The notes beneath the pieces were generated by a model that ran no database searches, had not been told where the DNA came from, and saw nothing but the letters and a program-made list of their open reading frames with translations. DNA of 63,908 nucleotides, filler included, from Asterionella formosa (Eukaryota): the NCBI GenBank assembly GCA_002256025.1. It is 17 parts of 17 records of this genome, joined end to end, with 100 filler letters (N's around TTAATTAATTAA, not from the genome) between each part and the next. Parts side by side here need not be neighbours in the genome. Positions count along the whole stretch, not along the records: positions 61,960 to 63,908 come from NKIB01000787.1; 16 more parts are not named here. One strand, given 5' to 3'. A program made the position numbers and the translations under genes. Shown piece by piece: positions 63,067-63,908 of this stretch. Every line of letters begins with the position of its first letter. Position 1 is the stretch's first letter.

Positions 63067-63908
63067 TTACGCAGTGCTTCCAATAACCTTCCAAGTTTTC
63101 TTCATATCCTCCGTATCAATGACAAGATAGCCGTCCACTGCCCCAGGATTAGTGGGCTTGAACTTGACCGCGAAGTCAATTCCTTCCTTGCTGCTCAATG
63201 ATCCTTCCGAAGGAACAACAGTGAAATCACCTGGAGTTTCCGAAGTAAGGCCGCCCGAAAATCAGCGTATCCCATGAACTCATTCTTTAGATTGAATTCG
63301 TGAATTCGGATCTGACCAATGCGGGAGACGAGCTCAATAGTTTGCTATCCGGGACAACAGCACCAAATGCTTTCTCAAAATCGAAATCCTGTAGTTTTGC
63401 GAGAGACCTCGAGTTAGATATTGCATAACAACTGATCAAAAATTAAATAATTCTAAGTCAATCTTTAATGACCATACCTGATTCCTCTGAACTCCAAACT
63501 TGGCAAGAGCCCGCCAGTCTTCTTCGGTGGACACGGAGTCAAAACTTTCAGTCAGTTCCCTGTGCGCATTCTTCTTTCGGCGGAGTTCCTGCTGGTTCAT
63601 CCAGTTCTACATTTGCTGCGCCCGAACTACTTCTACTCCTTTTTCAATCAAGTTAGAAGCGTATCCCGTCGAGGTACCCCATGCGTTCTTGGCACTCATC
63701 GTCTTGGACTTCGCGAAGGAAGGGGACACGTCACTTCCAAACTTCTCGAGACCTTTCTTACCATCTCCAGCCACACCCATTTGGCCATCACCTCCATCGA
63801 ATTCATCTCCAAAGTCAGCATATTTGTCCCACTTTGCAGGTCCGAAACGATCAATATCTTCCTTCTTTTGATTGGTAACTTCTTTCTTGGTTCCTTCAAT
63901 GTGAAGGC
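63067..63908 (-). pseudogene. Disrupted copy of a conserved-looking protein of unknown function (intron 63389-63477)
   Basis: Manual translation: FDGGDGQMGVAGDG..SAKNAWGTSTGYA..RAQQM*NWMNQQE..DWRALAKFG / intron / ..KNEFMGYADF..FAVKFKP..YLVIDTEDMKKTWKVIGSTA*. TAG at 63607-63609 and frameshifts in the last exon. Confidence 0.65.

Overview
This is eukaryotic nuclear DNA, most likely from a diatom: GT-AG introns, a bipartite plastid presequence on chlP, and diatom-type gene families. It is not one locus. A 31-kb scaffold (1-31076) is followed by 16 unrelated contigs of about 1.95 kb, joined by an artificial 100-nt linker (N44-TTAATTAATTAA-N44). Intact host genes are a cyclophilin-like membrane protein, chlP, an intronless tyrosine recombinase and a class III aminotransferase; there are also partial kinase-ARM and GH16-like CDSs. 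These sit among many mostly decayed transposable elements: Ty3/Gypsy, several Ty1/Copia, an RNase H-bearing LINE, pogo, mariner and Crypton. Pseudogenised copies of BMS1, ATG9 and a conserved unknown protein are present, and one contig is betaproteobacterial (gatA-gatC/mreB). Most notable: (1) an apparently intact DD35D pogo transposon carrying a convergent Cys/His HIRAN-like accessory gene inside its terminus; (2) a tRNA-derived SINE family with a perfect 16-bp TSD; (3) clusters of a GTACCAG/CCAGGTACCTGG motif, often near gene 5' ends, that LTR retrotransposons repeatedly insert into; (4) a host-like tyrosine recombinase with all catalytic residues; (5) a 1.2-kb non-autonomous element that shares only the structured 3' tail of the LINE.
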